A DNA stretch of 64,000 nt from positions 1 through 64,000 of IMG/VR virus record IMGVR_UViG_3300037087_000181; one strand, given 5' to 3'. The translations under genes were made by a program, and so were the position numbers. The notes beneath the pieces were generated by a model. The model worked only from the letters and a program-made list of their open reading frames with translations. It ran no database searches and was not told the origin of the DNA. Positions 9,692 to 20,034 of this stretch are shown here, piece after piece; positions within the stretch are counted from its first letter, which is position 1, and each line of letters starts with the position of its first letter. This DNA is from a virus.

Positions 9692-10297
9692 TTATTTTGT
9701 ATAAACAAATAAAAGATCATCATAACTATTATCCCAAATAACCGCACTATTGTGATCAAACTTGGTTAGGTTATCAAGTAGACTATACCCGGCATCGGTA
9801 AAGATACCCATGATAGTATCCTTAAATTTATTGGCTACCTCAATAACTACATAAGTTGGATGATAAAACTTCAAATCAAAACCCTGCAATACCTCAAGTT
9901 CATATCCCTCAACATCTAAACTTAACAAATCAATCGTTGTGATGTTATGTTGTTTTAAAATAGAATTAAGAGTTCTTCCTGTAACTGTGGTGTATGGGGG
10001 TCTATTGAGCATAACACCACCGACCGAAGCCATAGGAGACCCATCAAAGTCGCCACTTATCTCCTTTATGTCATCCGATACGACCAAAGCACAGTGCATA
10101 AAAATATTTTCAATTGATCTATTATCCATTAGCGTGGGGAAAATATACTCTGATGGCTCTATTAATAACCCCTTCCACCCTATTTTTTCAAGTTCATAGG
10201 TATAACTAAACGAGATACCATCATTAGCACCAGCTTCTATATAAAAGCCATTAGATTCTTTGACGTGATTAAGTAGGGTTTTAATGTAATATTCCAT
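9692..10297 (-). CDS. FkbM-family methyltransferase
   Basis: YIEAGANDG, GWKGLLIEP, IDLLSLDVEGYELEVLQG. Confidence 0.9.
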   Translation of the reverse strand: MEYYIKTLLNHVKESNGFYIEAGANDGISFSYTYELEKIGWKGLLIEPSEYIFPTLMDNRSIENIFMHCALVVSDDIKEISGDFDGSPMASVGGVMLNRPPYTTVTGRTLNSILKQHNITTIDLLSLDVEGYELEVLQGFDLKFYHPTYVVIEVANKFKDTIMGIFTDAGYSLLDNLTKFDHNSAVIWDNSYDDLLFVYTK

Positions 10298-10987
10298 CTA
10301 TTGGGTTTTAACTGCTAATACCCAAGTAATAACAGGACAGTCTATTTCGTTCTTTCCGGGGTTATGACTATAAGTATAGTCCGGCCAAAGACTCTCGTAG
10401 GATTTCATAAGGTATTCTCTGTTGCCCCATTGACCAATCTTTAGAATGTCAAATCCCGCCAAAGTAACCATACAACCAAGTCCAACAGGAGTGATCCCCG
10501 TATAAAAATGATAAGGAGTACTATGTGGTATGTTGTTTGTGGGTACATTTGCGTAGAACATTCCACCTATCTTAAGATGATTATAAATGTTTTTAAGACA
10601 AAGGATTGGGTCATATAGATGTTCTATTATCTGATTACACATAGCAAAATCGTAGTCTTTCTTCGGGAGGCTTAGGGTATGTAAGTCATAACCTTCTGTG
10701 ACACCATATTCAAGATTAGTTACCTCATCTGGCCAAAGAAATTCCATTTCTGGATCGTCTTTTCCATCAAGAGTTAATATTTTATTAATATTTCTGACGT
10801 TTATGTGGGGGAGATAATTTTCAAACTCTAATAAAGCAATAACCCTCGGAAAGTCCTTGTTTTCCCATTTCCAAACCATGCCGTTAAGTTCAAAAGGCAT
10901 CGACACATACCTATTCCAGTACTCCTTTGTGTAATTGATTGCCACATGCTTCTCATAAATATCGTATATCTGCTCTTTACTTAGCAT
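10298..10987 (-). CDS. class I SAM-dependent methyltransferase
   Basis: YDFAMCNQIIEHLYDP...LKIGG...VP. Confidence 0.8.
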   Translation of the reverse strand: MLSKEQIYDIYEKHVAINYTKEYWNRYVSMPFELNGMVWKWENKDFPRVIALLEFENYLPHINVRNINKILTLDGKDDPEMEFLWPDEVTNLEYGVTEGYDLHTLSLPKKDYDFAMCNQIIEHLYDPILCLKNIYNHLKIGGMFYANVPTNNIPHSTPYHFYTGITPVGLGCMVTLAGFDILKIGQWGNREYLMKSYESLWPDYTYSHNPGKNEIDCPVITWVLAVKTQ

Positions 10988-11867
10988 AACTCAGTATTTT
11001 ATCTTTCCAATATTGAAAATTAAGTTGGCTCATATTAGGCTCAACCTCATTAAATTGATCAAGAGTCCTTGCGAGGATTTCAACAGTGACGTCACTCCAT
11101 TGCTTTGGTAAATAAATAGGTAGGTCGCTCCAGAAGCGATTATTATTATTGCCTAACTCTATCGGCACTGACCCCAAATAAAGTGTTTCCCATGTCCTGT
11201 GCGTGTCCATACCATTACCCTCTGGACAAAGAACAAACTTATGGTTGTAGATATTATCAATATAGCTATCAAAGTCACTTCCGTTGGCTTTCATATCTAC
11301 CGTAACCCACGGAAAATCTTTAAAATAGTCGTAACATTCTTGTCTTTTTTTAAGGTTTGTGTTGATATTAAAGTTCATATAGACAAGATTCTTCCATTGG
11401 TGGGGTTCTTTCAATTTCTCTTTGATTTTCTTCTTTTTGTTTATCTCAGGAAACCACATATCGTTCTCTAAACCGATGGGGATTGCTGAAATCCGCTTAT
11501 GAAAGCAATTGATGTTCTTTGAAAACCAATGAATGACGTTATCCGGTAAACTAAACCAATCCACATTCTGCCCAAACCCGTCAAATGTGCTAAAAAATCC
11601 ATCACCCATACTTGTACTTGTTTCATTAATCAAATTGTCAGAGTTATGAGTTATTATAACAAACTGATACCGTTCCAACTGACGCAAAAGTCCAAACAAA
11701 CTCCCTGCATACATCGTATGTGTATATACAATGTAGATACTTTTTTCACGCAAGAATAATGGTCTGAATGTATTTGCAAGATTATCGTAATCTCCCGGTA
11801 GTTTTTTTTCTGGGGAGAAAGTAAAATCCGCAAGTTCTTTAAATTTATCTCCAGTTATGACGTCCAT
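10977..11867 (-). CDS. exostosin/GT47-like glycosyltransferase
   Basis: IITHNSD, IPIGL, KFVLCPEGNGMDTHRTWETLYLGSVPI. Confidence 0.8.
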   Translation of the reverse strand: MDVITGDKFKELADFTFSPEKKLPGDYDNLANTFRPLFLREKSIYIVYTHTMYAGSLFGLLRQLERYQFVIITHNSDNLINETSTSMGDGFFSTFDGFGQNVDWFSLPDNVIHWFSKNINCFHKRISAIPIGLENDMWFPEINKKKKIKEKLKEPHQWKNLVYMNFNINTNLKKRQECYDYFKDFPWVTVDMKANGSDFDSYIDNIYNHKFVLCPEGNGMDTHRTWETLYLGSVPIELGNNNNRFWSDLPIYLPKQWSDVTVEILARTLDQFNEVEPNMSQLNFQYWKDKILSYAK

Positions 11868-12601
11868 AAATAAATTGCATTATGTGGTGCGGTAAGTGGA
11901 ACTTCGGGGACAAAAAACCCATCCTTCTTTAAAACCCAAATTTCCTTTGATGTCATTGCACGCTCCTTAATCCGTTGATCTAAGTAATTACAGGTCATAT
12001 ATCCTTTGGCGGAATGTTCAATGATATTTTTTGCATAGAAATTTTGATCCTGACGGCTTATCTCCGTGAAACAGTAGTTTGATATGCACAAATCATAGTC
12101 TCGATGTAAAAGGCTTCTATGACTCCGTAGGACTATGTTTTCTATGCCATGACAAATAAGGTATTTCTTTGCGAGGGCCAATACCTCTGGTAAATCAATT
12201 AAAGTGTAACTCTTTGGAACGAAATAATCATTGATGATTTTACATTGCCCACCATAGCCTATACCTATCTCTACTATATCCAAATCATCCAAAGAGCCAA
12301 AATGAGTCACTAAGTCTGCAAGAACCTTGACATAACGTAATGTGGATGGTGAAATTTCCATGTTAAGTTCATCATACCAAAACATTTGTGGTGTTCCGAG
12401 ACTGTCGTTAGTCGCAAAACACTCAATATGCTTCAGCAGTTTCGGTTGTAGTCGTTTAATCTCGCTAAGATACCCCAACCCCTGCTCATACGTCACATGT
12501 TCGAGCATATAGGTACAGGCAGTATTACCCTTGAAGGTTTTGAAGACTTCTTCGTCTTTTACCGCTTGTAGGCAAAGGTCGGTGTATTTATCATAAATCA
12601 T
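11855..12601 (-). CDS. putative sugar O-methyltransferase
   Basis: VEIGIGYGG, YTLIDLPEVL, DLCISNYCFTE. Confidence 0.8.
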   Translation of the reverse strand: MIYDKYTDLCLQAVKDEEVFKTFKGNTACTYMLEHVTYEQGLGYLSEIKRLQPKLLKHIECFATNDSLGTPQMFWYDELNMEISPSTLRYVKVLADLVTHFGSLDDLDIVEIGIGYGGQCKIINDYFVPKSYTLIDLPEVLALAKKYLICHGIENIVLRSHRSLLHRDYDLCISNYCFTEISRQDQNFYAKNIIEHSAKGYMTCNYLDQRIKERAMTSKEIWVLKKDGFFVPEVPLTAPHNAIYLWTS

Positions 12602-12648
12602 GATTCAAATATATAACTTAATTATTTAATTTCCAAATATTTTGTTAT

Positions 12649-13143
12649 TTATTTTTCGTCAGGGAAATTTAAGTTGGCAAATTCACCAAATAATTCTTTG
12701 GCTTTCTTATCATAGGAACGAGCAGCATCTTCGGCAGTATAATAGACACCCAAACAAATTTCTTTATAGTTAACATGGATTCTGGCACGAAACTTCTTTG
12801 TCCTTCTCTCCCCCTGTTTAAGACTAACACCATTATAAGGGATTTCTCCTCTAATTGCAGAATTCTTGTGATTATCTGTTTCTGTACAGTTCCTTAGATT
12901 TGATTTTTGATTATTCAATCCATTATGATCAATATGGTCAACTTCAAGTTCAGGAGGCGTGTGCATTATTTCTCTGTGCATATTAATCATTTTCCTACTT
13001 CTGTTTTCAGAAATAGTGCCCCATCTTTGAGCATAATAATGACCATTGTTACCATGAGCGAACCATTTCCATTTGCTTAACCAAACAAAGTCATCATCGT
13101 CTACCAATGCAACTTGCCCCCTTGTTAATTGAATCTCTTTCAT
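12649..13143 (-). CDS. HNH endonuclease with AP2 domain
   Basis: VDHIDHNGLNNQKSNLR; LGVYYTAEDAARSYD..LFGEFANLNF; start re-called at MKEIQLT. Confidence 0.9.
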   Translation of the reverse strand: MKEIQLTRGQVALVDDDDFVWLSKWKWFAHGNNGHYYAQRWGTISENRSRKMINMHREIMHTPPELEVDHIDHNGLNNQKSNLRNCTETDNHKNSAIRGEIPYNGVSLKQGERRTKKFRARIHVNYKEICLGVYYTAEDAARSYDKKAKELFGEFANLNFPDEK

Positions 13144-13244
13144 CTTGTGTCGTTTTTTGATATGTGTCGAAAAAAATGGAGGAAAGGACTCGACACTCGT
13201 CTGCTTCATCGGGTAGCTATATCCGACTATTCCTCCACAAAGAT
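13144..13244 (-). promoter_or_regulatory. TATCTTTG promoter plus structured 5' leader of HNH-AP2 gene
   Basis: Three-stem junction; loop GTGTCGA complementary to two downstream CGACAC boxes. Confidence 0.6.
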
Positions 13245-13251
13245 AGTAAAT

Positions 13252-13986
13252 TTATTTATTATCTTGCCAGCTAACTGTCCAGTAGTGAATGCCATAACTA
13301 CACTCTTTAATGTACCTTTTAGGATTAGAGATAGCACGCTGAGTATTGGGAAGACAATAAAAAAAGTCAAAAGGAAAGACAACCACTCCCGATGTGTCAG
13401 TATCTATCGTTTTTAAAAAACATTTCGTAAAATGATAGGGGCCTGATCCATGCATAATTTCCATTGCATCATGCCCACGATAGGGTGTATCAAGATCGTC
13501 TATACATGTCTGAATAATAGGATGATTGGGGATGCTTGCAATGATGCCTATATAAAGAACGAATACGTCTCCATATCCAAGACCACAGAAGAACTTAAGA
13601 TTAAGGAGATCATCAAGTGGTCTTATACATTCAAAATCAACATCGATATATACTCCGCCATACTGTTTAAGTATTTCATATCTTAACAAATCACTTTTCA
13701 TTCCTTGGTTGGGACACGCCTCCAAAATACTTCTTTTGGTAATGAAAATATCATTGACATCTTTATCTGTCCAAAGTTTATATTTGTAGTCAGGATTATA
13801 AAACTTCCATGATTGCATGAATTTTTCATATTTTTCAGGCACGTTGCCCCCTAACCAAATTTGGTGTATGATCTTCGGAATATGTTGTTCTGTATCGGTA
13901 GCCTCGGTATAGTTCAAAGCAAACAAATCACTTACTATCTTCCATGTAGGACTATTATCTTCTTCTATCAAGTATTTCATAATCAA
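13252..13986 (-). CDS. GT32 (DXD, OCH1-like) glycosyltransferase
   Basis: IPKIIHQIWLG, KSDLLRYEILKQYGGVYIDVD. Confidence 0.9.
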   Translation of the reverse strand: MIMKYLIEEDNSPTWKIVSDLFALNYTEATDTEQHIPKIIHQIWLGGNVPEKYEKFMQSWKFYNPDYKYKLWTDKDVNDIFITKRSILEACPNQGMKSDLLRYEILKQYGGVYIDVDFECIRPLDDLLNLKFFCGLGYGDVFVLYIGIIASIPNHPIIQTCIDDLDTPYRGHDAMEIMHGSGPYHFTKCFLKTIDTDTSGVVVFPFDFFYCLPNTQRAISNPKRYIKECSYGIHYWTVSWQDNK

Positions 13987-14423
13987 ATATTTTTATTTCT
14001 CCCATCAAAGACCACAATCATACTATCGTGCATAGGACTTTTATTGGTAACAAAATTACCCCAAGAATCATATCCCTTAAACTTAATTCGCCCTTTCCAA
14101 AAACGAATTGGTTCTGTAATGTTTTGCAAAATTACATCATGGAATAATCGAGTGCTTGTGGATACAGGAAGCAATAACACACAAAGTTTTCCCTTATTCT
14201 TTTCTTCCACGGCTTTCAAAACAAACTTCTTTTTTAAATCAACACTATATGGAGGATTTACAAAATTACTTGTCCCCCATTCTACCTCAAGTCCATTCCA
14301 TTTAGAAACATCATGTTCAATAGGACAGGGATCAAAATCAAAATGAAATCGTTCATTAAGTTCATCATAAACATACAAGGGTGTTGCCCAATTATCACTA
14401 TGTGGTAAATTTCTATTTTTCAT
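13983..14423 (-). CDS. phage DNA N6-adenine methyltransferase
   Basis: WATP, FDFDPC, FVNPPYS, LLLPVSTST, GRIKF. Confidence 0.9.
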   Translation of the reverse strand: MKNRNLPHSDNWATPLYVYDELNERFHFDFDPCPIEHDVSKWNGLEVEWGTSNFVNPPYSVDLKKKFVLKAVEEKNKGKLCVLLLPVSTSTRLFHDVILQNITEPIRFWKGRIKFKGYDSWGNFVTNKSPMHDSMIVVFDGRNKNI

Positions 14424-14601
14424 CTAAAAACCTTTCATTATGCCAACCATCGTCAGCGTAGTTACGAGAATATTTTTGTTGCAATGTAACCCACTCCATC
14501 CATCTCATTTCGGAGAGGGTACAGATAGGGAATAGGGCAAACCTTCTGATGGTTCTTATTTCTCCGTCTTGCGGGTTTTCAAAGAAAACGTGGTATTTCA
14601 T
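14413..14601 (-). CDS. hypothetical protein
   Basis: ORF overlapping both neighbours. Confidence 0.65.
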   Translation of the reverse strand: MKYHVFFENPQDGEIRTIRRFALFPICTLSEMRWMEWVTLQQKYSRNYADDGWHNERFLDEK

Positions 14602-15170
14602 TTTGTAAACTTATTATAACTCTCAATAATATAGTCGTAAAACTTCATCTCTTGTCCGCTTACGTCTGAATAACCATCACTCTGCGTGGCACAGATAGGG
14701 TTCGTAATGAAACAATTAAACTCTTTTTGAACATGCAGGAAATAGAATATGTCAAGGTTAATTCCTGATGGCACGTTAAGGTTAAGTATATAGTCAACCA
14801 TTCTCTTTGAATAATAAATAATTGCATGTGTTGTGTATGCTCTCTTTAACCGGAATAAATACTCGGAATATTTCTCAAGTGGTTGCGTGAGTGTTGCGCC
14901 AAGCCAAAGGGCATCTGCATCATCAGGTAACTCCGCCATTGCTCTTTGAACAACCATCCAGTTTTCTAACATTACACAATCATCTTCGCAAATTAGAACA
15001 GGAAATTCTGTTATTTGAGATAAAAGAGTTCGTGTAGATAACGTAAAACCATCCTGCCCTGATTCCATTTTAAAAGCACTAAATCTTTCTACCTCAAAAG
15101 GAAACTCATTCTTTTTGAACTGCTCCATTCTGTCGGTTCTTTCATCCAAATTTATGACTATTGCTTTCAA
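14598..15170 (-). CDS. GT25-like glycosyltransferase
   Basis: INLDERTDR, RFSA, LICEDD, THAIIY. Confidence 0.85.
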   Translation of the reverse strand: MKAIVINLDERTDRMEQFKKNEFPFEVERFSAFKMESGQDGFTLSTRTLLSQITEFPVLICEDDCVMLENWMVVQRAMAELPDDADALWLGATLTQPLEKYSEYLFRLKRAYTTHAIIYYSKRMVDYILNLNVPSGINLDIFYFLHVQKEFNCFITNPICATQSDGYSDVSGQEMKFYDYIIESYNKFTK

Positions 15171-16498
15171 GTTTGTTTAAATTTAAGTGGTATTTCTTGA
15201 TGACAACTTGTATTATTAATCCCTATAAAATTACTTAATTCGATAACCTGTCCGTTTAAAAATCTTTCATTTAAAAATTCAGCATCTATCTTCCCATGAA
15301 CGTTATTCCAATCGTTTTGGACAATATTAATAGGATTATTGATTATCATAGATTTATCGTAACATATCATCTTTGGAGGGAATCCCTTTGTATTTTTTGC
15401 CATGCTTGATTCGAGTGTATTTGGACTTGTGTAATCCAGTTTTATTAAGAAAGAGAGTATCTCTTTGGTGCGAAAGATATGCCCATCGAGGCTCATGGGA
15501 TAGCCGTAGTCACCATCCTGTCCCTTCCAATTGAATGTATTATCCCCGAAGAAGGGTGGCTGTTTCATTGGTGTCTGTTTAGAATAGCAATATGTTAATG
15601 ATTTGTTAAGTCTTAGACTCCGGCAAATGATACTATCATCCCATTCAAAAGCGTCCATCTGTTTGTCATAGAAGTCAAAATTATTAATGAATACATCATC
15701 ATCTGTGAAGAATACGGTGTGTGGGTAATTTTCCCCGATAAGACAAATTAAATCAGATCTAAAGTCTGTTTCTTTATGAAAGATTACATTGGGAGGAATT
15801 GTTTCGCATAATTTGACATATCCTTGCATAAATTCATCTAAGGAATAGGCATAGAGGATATTAATGACATATTGATCAGCATTTTTTACAAAAACATTAA
15901 AACTTCTGATAAATAGTTCCAGTTGCATAGCTCTATCCTTACTAAAAACAACGATATTAATGGGCTTAACCTTTTTTATCTCTGCTACAAGTATATCACC
16001 TGCAATATGTCCGTCCGCAAAAGAGAAAATATAATCAGGACTAATCTCTAAAATCTTATTTTTAATATCTTCAACATTAAAGCCTATTGCAGGAAAATCC
16101 CTGCTCCACTCTCTTAAATCATCAATGATAATAGTGTGTGTTTTGATAAAATGACTCTTGATTATTCCGAGTTCTTTCATTAGCGGGGTCAGATTGTTAG
16201 TAAAATCCGTGTCCCCACCAGAGTAATGAGCATCTAACCAAAAAGTAGCAGGTTCATTCAGTTTTTTAAGAACATTCGGTAGTTCGACAAGACTATCCCC
16301 ATGTAGTAAGTTGACGTTGTCATTATATTTGAAATAACTCTTGCAATAATTGTAGTGTTTTTCTGCAAGTTCAATCGAGTAAATGATTTTATACCCAGCG
16401 AAGATAGCGTTTTTAATACCTTCTCCTGCATAACTACCTGTCTCTATGAATATGGGATTATAGTTATGTCTTCTGAATAATTGAATATTACTCGGCAT
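15167..16498 (-). CDS. methyltransferase-like domain fused to GT-A glycosyltransferase
   Basis: FIETGSYAG..FWLDAH..IIIDD; then IVVFSKDRAMQL..FFTDDD; start re-called at MPSNIQ. Confidence 0.75.
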   Translation of the reverse strand: MPSNIQLFRRHNYNPIFIETGSYAGEGIKNAIFAGYKIIYSIELAEKHYNYCKSYFKYNDNVNLLHGDSLVELPNVLKKLNEPATFWLDAHYSGGDTDFTNNLTPLMKELGIIKSHFIKTHTIIIDDLREWSRDFPAIGFNVEDIKNKILEISPDYIFSFADGHIAGDILVAEIKKVKPINIVVFSKDRAMQLELFIRSFNVFVKNADQYVINILYAYSLDEFMQGYVKLCETIPPNVIFHKETDFRSDLICLIGENYPHTVFFTDDDVFINNFDFYDKQMDAFEWDDSIICRSLRLNKSLTYCYSKQTPMKQPPFFGDNTFNWKGQDGDYGYPMSLDGHIFRTKEILSFLIKLDYTSPNTLESSMAKNTKGFPPKMICYDKSMIINNPINIVQNDWNNVHGKIDAEFLNERFLNGQVIELSNFIGINNTSCHQEIPLKFKQT

Positions 16499-17088
16499 TA
16501 GATACAATATTTTTGATAATTTTTCAAAATAGTTGCACAATCACTTCTTTTTGAGACATTTGATGCTGATTGTTTTTGTGTCACGAGCATTGGATAAACA
16601 CAAAATATATTGAATTTCGGTTGGATGACCTCGTAAAGATACCTATCAATCTTACCTATGTCGGTTTTATGCGTCATTATGTATTGAAGTGCACTACCAG
16701 AATGGTTATGCCAGAATATCGAATGGGTGGTCTTGGCGTTTCTCAACCTAAAAAGGTTATTAGAATAGCGTTCCTGCGGTTCTTGCGGACTTGCTCCAAG
16801 ATACAGGGCATCCCAATCTGTTGGTAATTGGCTAAAAGCTACCCTCATAACAATATCAGTGTTTAACTTTGGGTGCAAAAACTCGGCATCGTCTTCAAGT
16901 ATAATAAAGACATTCTCTTTTTTACACTTCTCCATTATCGAAAGGTGTGACTTTGTGCACCCGATATAACCTACAGGATCAATAATGGCAGAAAAAAGAT
17001 GAGCGTTCATGCCCTGATTTTCTAATTCAATTCTGACGTCATGGAGGCGGTCGGGTCTATCTGATCTGTTGATTAAATAAGTTTCCAT
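16498..17088 (-). CDS. GT25-like glycosyltransferase
   Basis: LINRSDRPDR, GCTKSH, ILEDD, DWDALYLG. Confidence 0.85.
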   Translation of the reverse strand: METYLINRSDRPDRLHDVRIELENQGMNAHLFSAIIDPVGYIGCTKSHLSIMEKCKKENVFIILEDDAEFLHPKLNTDIVMRVAFSQLPTDWDALYLGASPQEPQERYSNNLFRLRNAKTTHSIFWHNHSGSALQYIMTHKTDIGKIDRYLYEVIQPKFNIFCVYPMLVTQKQSASNVSKRSDCATILKNYQKYCI

Positions 17089-17092
17089 AGGA

Positions 17093-17155
17093 CAAATGTA
17101 AAACTTATAAACGAGACTTCCAAATAATTAGAAAGAAAAATTTCAACTATCTTTG
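17093..17155. promoter_or_regulatory. divergent promoters (glycan operon on minus, groES on plus)
   Basis: TTTG-N20-TACATTTG on minus (17093-17124); TATCTTTG on plus (17148-17155). Confidence 0.7.
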
Positions 17156-17178
17156 CAGTGAAACAAAAAACAAGAAAA

Positions 17179-17475
17179 ATGAGACAAGGACTTATTAATA
17201 GTACAAAAGTACTTCTAAAAGAAATTCCCAAAACCGAAAAGAAAACTGAAAGTGGGCTTATCATACCAAATGTGGGCAAGGGTGATCCGCAGATTTCTGG
17301 AATAGTTCTTCAGGTAGGGAAGGGATTGCCGTCAATACCCATGGAAATTGAAGTGGGACAAACTGTATTGTTTTTTCCCCATGCTGTCCAACGGTTTAAT
17401 ATAGATGACGAACCTGTTATGTTATTAGATTGTAGGGACTGTTTGTTCCGATACTTCCCGGAATCCAACCTGTAA
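17179..17475 (+). CDS. groES: GroES/Cpn10 co-chaperonin
   Basis: KTESGLIIP mobile loop, GIVLQVGKG, EVGQTVLF. Confidence 0.85.
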   Translation: MRQGLINSTKVLLKEIPKTEKKTESGLIIPNVGKGDPQISGIVLQVGKGLPSIPMEIEVGQTVLFFPHAVQRFNIDDEPVMLLDCRDCLFRYFPESNL

Positions 17476-17712
17476 ATATTGTAACCTTTTTTCGAGTTGA
17501 ACTATTTGTGCAAGCAGGTTTATGGCTTTGCCATATTTCATTTGAATTGCACTATCAGGGTGGATACCTTCTTTAAGTAGTTGTAAGTCTTTGGCGACAA
17601 TAGCACTAAAAACCTCATTCTTTAATGCCTCTGTATAGACCCTGTGAGTTTTGATATTTTTGAGTTCCCTGATTATCTGTCTGATTTCAAAACGTCTTGA
17701 TTTACGATCCAT
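17425..17712 (-). CDS. hypothetical protein
   Basis: ORF. Confidence 0.6.
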   Translation of the reverse strand: MDRKSRRFEIRQIIRELKNIKTHRVYTEALKNEVFSAIVAKDLQLLKEGIHPDSAIQMKYGKAINLLAQIVQLEKRLQYLQVGFREVSEQTVPTI

Positions 17713-17800
17713 AATAAATGATTTAAAATAAAAAAGGAGAGACGTTTTAATGACTCTCCTCGTCTGTTTACTGGTTCTTGTTTAAAACCGTTTCTGTCAA

Positions 17801-18094
17801 CTAACCTTTTTTGTTTATTTGTTGTTTAAGTTCTTCAATTTCTCCCTGTATTTTTTTATGTTGTTCTTCATAATGCTTTTGGATGCCTTCAAGATTTGAT
17901 AGTTGTTGTTCCTTTTCCTTTAGGCGGTTTTCAATATGATGTTTGCTCGGAATTAGATCATAATGATCTGGATCATAAACCTTTAGGTTTCTTTGCGAAA
18001 AAAAGGGTTCGCTATAACCAAACCACGATTCAACTGTTGCAAAATCATCATTAATCTCCTTCATCATATCCAAAAACTTCAATCCTCTGTTCAT
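17801..18094 (-). CDS. coiled-coil hypothetical protein
   Basis: ORF. Confidence 0.65.
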   Translation of the reverse strand: MNRGLKFLDMMKEINDDFATVESWFGYSEPFFSQRNLKVYDPDHYDLIPSKHHIENRLKEKEQQLSNLEGIQKHYEEQHKKIQGEIEELKQQINKKG

Positions 18095-18474
18095 TTCCTT
18101 TTCTTTTTTGGTTTTGTAAATGGAATGTCAGAAACCGTGCCGTTTAAGAGTTTGTCTTTTGCATCATAAAACCTGTCAGCAATATTTGTAAAGTCTGTGT
18201 CGGATTCGGACGTTTTGTCAAATAAATTCGGTTGTGTTGCAGATTTTGTCAGGTCGGGCACGGTGAGTGTCTCATAAAAGATATGTCTCCCAAAAAACCA
18301 GTCAGCATGAAGCATCTCTATTACCTGCCAATCTTCTTCTTGCTTAATATCTGTTTTGTTTTTAATACAATCGAGAACAACCATTAATCTCTCGGTAATT
18401 TTGAAAAGCCATTTTTGACATCCCAACTCGTGCTGAATCTCCTTTGTGGGCTGTTCTAATACCTCATCCGCCAT
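18091..18474 (-). CDS. hypothetical protein
   Basis: ORF with promoter at 18495-18526. Confidence 0.7.
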   Translation of the reverse strand: MADEVLEQPTKEIQHELGCQKWLFKITERLMVVLDCIKNKTDIKQEEDWQVIEMLHADWFFGRHIFYETLTVPDLTKSATQPNLFDKTSESDTDFTNIADRFYDAKDKLLNGTVSDIPFTKPKKKRK

Positions 18475-18611
18475 CTTAAATCAAATATTTTTCACAAAGG
18501 TAAATCAAATATATCGTTTTTGCAAGTATTTTTCAATAAAAATAATAAAATAGTAAAATAATTTGGATATGTGATTAAGAATGACTACTTTTGAAGTCTA
18601 AATCATAAAAT

Positions 18612-18881
18612 ATGGAAGAAGAAAAGACTAATAGGGAATATCTGTCTTTTATAGCAGATAGAATCTTTACCGAGCGACCATCCGCAGAGATAATTTTAAA
18701 AACAATGATTGACATGGAGGAACGAGGATACGCACGAGGATATACCGCTTCTTTCATGGATCGCCGAAAGTTTAAAGACGCACAAAACACAAGAAGAACA
18801 TCGAGTTGGAATAATGTAAAAGACGCCATCTCCGACAAATGTTCAAAAGCAGTTGAAGTAACTAACGAAAATAATGAATAA
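18612..18881 (+). CDS. hypothetical protein
   Basis: ORF with promoter at 18562-18593. Confidence 0.7.
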   Translation: MEEEKTNREYLSFIADRIFTERPSAEIILKTMIDMEERGYARGYTASFMDRRKFKDAQNTRRTSSWNNVKDAISDKCSKAVEVTNENNE

Positions 18882-19813
18882 TGGGAGATTTGGGGAAATA
18901 CTTACAAGATGAAAGAATTGATGAAATTTTAACCTATTGTAACGACCACGGTGAACCAGAAACCTGCACTCAATTTAGCATTAACATAGAAACACTACAT
19001 CGTTATCAACGTGAAAGACGATGGCGTGATACACGCAACCCCAAGATACTTTTGCTTGACATTGAAACATCTCTGATTAAAGGAAGGTTTTGGCGTACAG
19101 GGAAACAGTATGTTGGTTGTGACCAGATAATCGACGATTGGTTTATCTTTGGGTACTCTGCCAAGTGGCTCTTTGCTGACGAGGTCATGTCAGATTTTGT
19201 TACCGCAAGGGAGTCCGTTAAAAGAGATGACAAACGAATTATGGTAAGTGCCCATAAATTAATCTCACAGGCTGATATTTTAATCGGGCATAACATCAAA
19301 AAATTTGATATGCCTAAGTTAAAGACGAGATTCTTTATGAATGGACTCAAGCCTCCTATGCCATACCAATTACTCGATACCTTACAGGTTGCCTACAAAG
19401 AGTTTGCTTTCTCATCTGCTAAGTTGAACTACCTTGGAAAGATAATCCTTCATAAAGAGAAACTTCACACAGACTATGATCTATGGCTTAAGTGCGAGAA
19501 AGGAGATCAAGACTCTTTGGATTACATGGAGAAATATTGTAGAATAGATACAGAACTTTTGGAGGAAGTTTACATTGAACTTCGGCCCTGGATCACGAGT
19601 CATCCAAACCTTCCCATTATCATGGATGCCTTTGACTCTGCCTGCCCTAATTGTGGTTCGTTTGAGTTCACCGATGAAGAAGGTTATTATTATACACCTC
19701 AGAATAGATTTGTTGCGGTAAGGTGTGCCTCTTGCGGGGCTGTGAGTCATCGAAAGAAATCAGAGATAACCACTTCCCAACGAAAGGTTATGTCAATTCC
19801 TAATGCAAGATAA
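18881..19813 (+). CDS. RNase H-fold 3'-5' exonuclease with C-terminal Zn ribbon
   Basis: LLDIETS, GHNIKKFD, YCRID; CPNCG...CASCG. Confidence 0.85.
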   Translation: MGDLGKYLQDERIDEILTYCNDHGEPETCTQFSINIETLHRYQRERRWRDTRNPKILLLDIETSLIKGRFWRTGKQYVGCDQIIDDWFIFGYSAKWLFADEVMSDFVTARESVKRDDKRIMVSAHKLISQADILIGHNIKKFDMPKLKTRFFMNGLKPPMPYQLLDTLQVAYKEFAFSSAKLNYLGKIILHKEKLHTDYDLWLKCEKGDQDSLDYMEKYCRIDTELLEEVYIELRPWITSHPNLPIIMDAFDSACPNCGSFEFTDEEGYYYTPQNRFVAVRCASCGAVSHRKKSEITTSQRKVMSIPNAR

Positions 19814-19849
19814 ACCTCAAAAAATGGGGTTCATAGTAATACAAAAAGT

Positions 19850-19876
19850 AAAGGGAGGTTTTCGCCTCCCTTTTTT
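19850..19876. terminator. intrinsic terminator, probably bidirectional
   Basis: aaagggagg-ttttcg-cctccc-tttttt between convergent genes. Confidence 0.8.
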
Positions 19877-20034
19877 AATAAACATTTTTGCTTCGACTAT
19901 CGTGTGTCTTGTCATCGCTTTTCTCGATGATCTCACGAGTTCTGATAACTAACACCAAAAAAGGCTACCAAAAGTCTATGAATAATGTATGGTTCCTTCG
20001 CCCGTTTGCTGGCTCACTTAAGCAAACATTAAAA

